Part shown: positions 30,834 to 32,000 of the stretch, in pieces
Layout: every line of letters begins with the position of its first letter
Numbering within the stretch: position 1 is the first letter of the stretch
NCBI RefSeq assembly: GCF_900119315.1
Contig: NZ_LT827010.1
Span: 6,636,494-6,668,493 of the forward strand
DNA from: Actinoplanes sp. SE50/110
GTDB lineage: Bacteria > Actinomycetota > Actinomycetes > Mycobacteriales > Micromonosporaceae
DNA: 32,000 bases
Reading direction: 5' to 3'
The notes under the pieces: generated by a model
What the model saw: the letters and a program-made list of their open reading frames with translations, nothing else
What the model was told of the DNA's origin: nothing
The model's database searches: none
Position numbers and translations under genes: made by a program

Positions 30834-32000
30834 TCAGCCGATCACCTCGAACGCCGCGGAGGCCGCGGGCGCGGCGGACGCGGCGGGCACCCCGGCGCCG
30901 AGCCGCCGGGTGAAGCCGGCCGGGACGACCACGTCCTCCGGCCGCAGGTCGCGGATGTCGGCGCGGCCCAGGCCGAGCAGCGCCGAGTCGATGCCGTTGC
31001 GCAGCACGTCCAGCACGTTCTCCACACCGGCCTGACCGTTGGCGGCCAGCCCCCACAGGTAGGCCCGGCCGATCAGCACCGCCCGGGCGCCGAGCGCGAC
31101 CGCCTTGACCACGTCGCTGCCCCGCCGGATGCCGCCGTCGAGGAGCACCTCGACCCGGTCGCCGACCGCCTCGACCACGGCCGGCAGCGCACGGATCGGC
31201 GCCGGGGTGCTGTCCAGGTTGTTGCCGCCGTGGTTGGAGACCGAGATCGCGGTCACGCCGCAGTCGGCGGCGCGGCGCGCGTCGTCGACCCGGATCACGC
31301 CCTTGAGCAGGAACGGCCCGCCCCACTGCGCGCGCAGCCAGCGCACGTCGTCCCAGCTGGGCGGCGGGGTCTGCATCCAGCGGCCGTAGGCGCCGAAGAA
31401 GGTCGGGGCCACCCCGTCGTCGGCCAGGTTCGGCACGGTCAGGTCGGGGATCCGGCGCTGCCGCAGGTAGGCCAGCAGCCAGCGGGGCCGGCGCAGCGTC
31501 TCCGGGGCGTGGCGCAGCATCGCGGACAGATTCATCCGATCCGGGATGGTGGGGCTGCCCCAGTCCCGGCTGTGCGAGAACGACCAGTCCAGGGTGACGA
31601 TCAGGCCCTTGGCGCCGGCCCGGCGGGCGTCGTCCATGCGCCGCAGCATCTCGTCGCGGGAACCCATCCAGTACATCTGGAAGAAGGTCTGCGGGTTGGC
31701 GGCGACCACCTCGCCCAGCGGCTTGCTGGCGAACGAGCTGAGCGACATCGCCGTGCCGCGCGCCGCCGCGGCCCGGGCCACCGCGACCTCCCCGTCCGGG
31801 TGCACGGCCTGCACCCCGGTCGGCGAGATGATCACCGGCAGGGCGACCGGCTGGCCCATCACCGTGGTGGCCAGCGACCGCTGCGCGGCCTGACCGGCCA
31901 CGTGCGGGGCGAGCCCCAGCTCGGCGAAGGCGGCCAGGTTGTCGTCGAGGGTCACGCCGCGCTCGGAGCCGGCGACGATCGCGCCGTAGACCGACCGGGG
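30834..32000 (-). CDS. FMN-dependent alpha-hydroxy-acid dehydrogenase/oxidase family protein (LldD/glycolate-oxidase-like), 5'-truncated by the window edge
   Basis: ...PVIISPTG...AVARAAAARGTAMSLSSFAS...FQMYW...KGLIVTLD...LLKGV...SNHGGNNLD...LLDGGIRRGSDVVKAVALGARAVLIGRAYLWGL. The reading frame stays open to position 32000. Confidence 0.85.
   Translation of the reverse strand, partial: PRSVYGAIVAGSERGVTLDDNLAAFAELGLAPHVAGQAAQRSLATTVMGQPVALPVIISPTGVQAVHPDGEVAVARAAAARGTAMSLSSFASKPLGEVVAANPQTFFQMYWMGSRDEMLRRMDDARRAGAKGLIVTLDWSFSHSRDWGSPTIPDRMNLSAMLRHAPETLRRPRWLLAYLRQRRIPDLTVPNLADDGVAPTFFGAYGRWMQTPPPSWDDVRWLRAQWGGPFLLKGVIRVDDARRAADCGVTAISVSNHGGNNLDSTPAPIRALPAVVEAVGDRVEVLLDGGIRRGSDVVKAVALGARAVLIGRAYLWGLAANGQAGVENVLDVLRNGIDSALLGLGRADIRDLRPEDVVVPAGFTRRLGAGVPAASAAPAASAAFEVIG

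Overview
High-GC (over 70% by eye) actinomycete DNA carrying one end of a type I polyketide gene cluster. A single 15.9-kb modular PKS gene dominates the window (minus strand, 5927..21781). Its layout is ACP-[KS-AT-DH-KR-ACP]x3 followed by a C-terminal docking tail, with no loading AT and no TE. Around it sits the full enzyme set that the vicenistatin (Vin) and incednine (Idn) macrolactam pathways use to make, N-protect, load and later deprotect a beta-amino-acid starter. That set is a KamA-family radical-SAM 2,3-aminomutase, a PLP fold-type-I enzyme, two stand-alone adenylating enzymes, a stand-alone ACP, a trans-acting acyltransferase and a proline-iminopeptidase-family hydrolase. Other genes are a type II thioesterase, a small VOC/glyoxalase protein, a flavin reductase, a SARP and a TetR regulator, two small proteins of unknown function, an IS110-family transposase at the left edge, an orphan PqqD-like (RRE-type) gene, and a 5'-truncated FMN-dependent alpha-hydroxy-acid dehydrogenase at the right edge. 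No rRNA, tRNA or CRISPR was seen. The biosynthetic logic is of a described type (beta-amino-acid-primed polyene macrolactam), so I cannot claim a new system from sequence alone. Five things deserve a second look. (1) A yAGGGG direct-repeat motif recurs in the cluster promoters, twice as CTAGGGG-N22-TAnGTT. (2) AT2 and AT3 share near-identical mosaic tracts, and one tract has foreign-looking codon usage. (3) The PKS is only subunit 1 of a longer line, and its partners are not contiguous downstream. (4) The orphan RRE gene follows an unexplained 265-bp region with a coding-like composition. (5) The IS110 upstream non-coding region may hold a bridge RNA. Many long ORFs in the track are antisense or off-frame shadows typical of high-GC DNA and were rejected.
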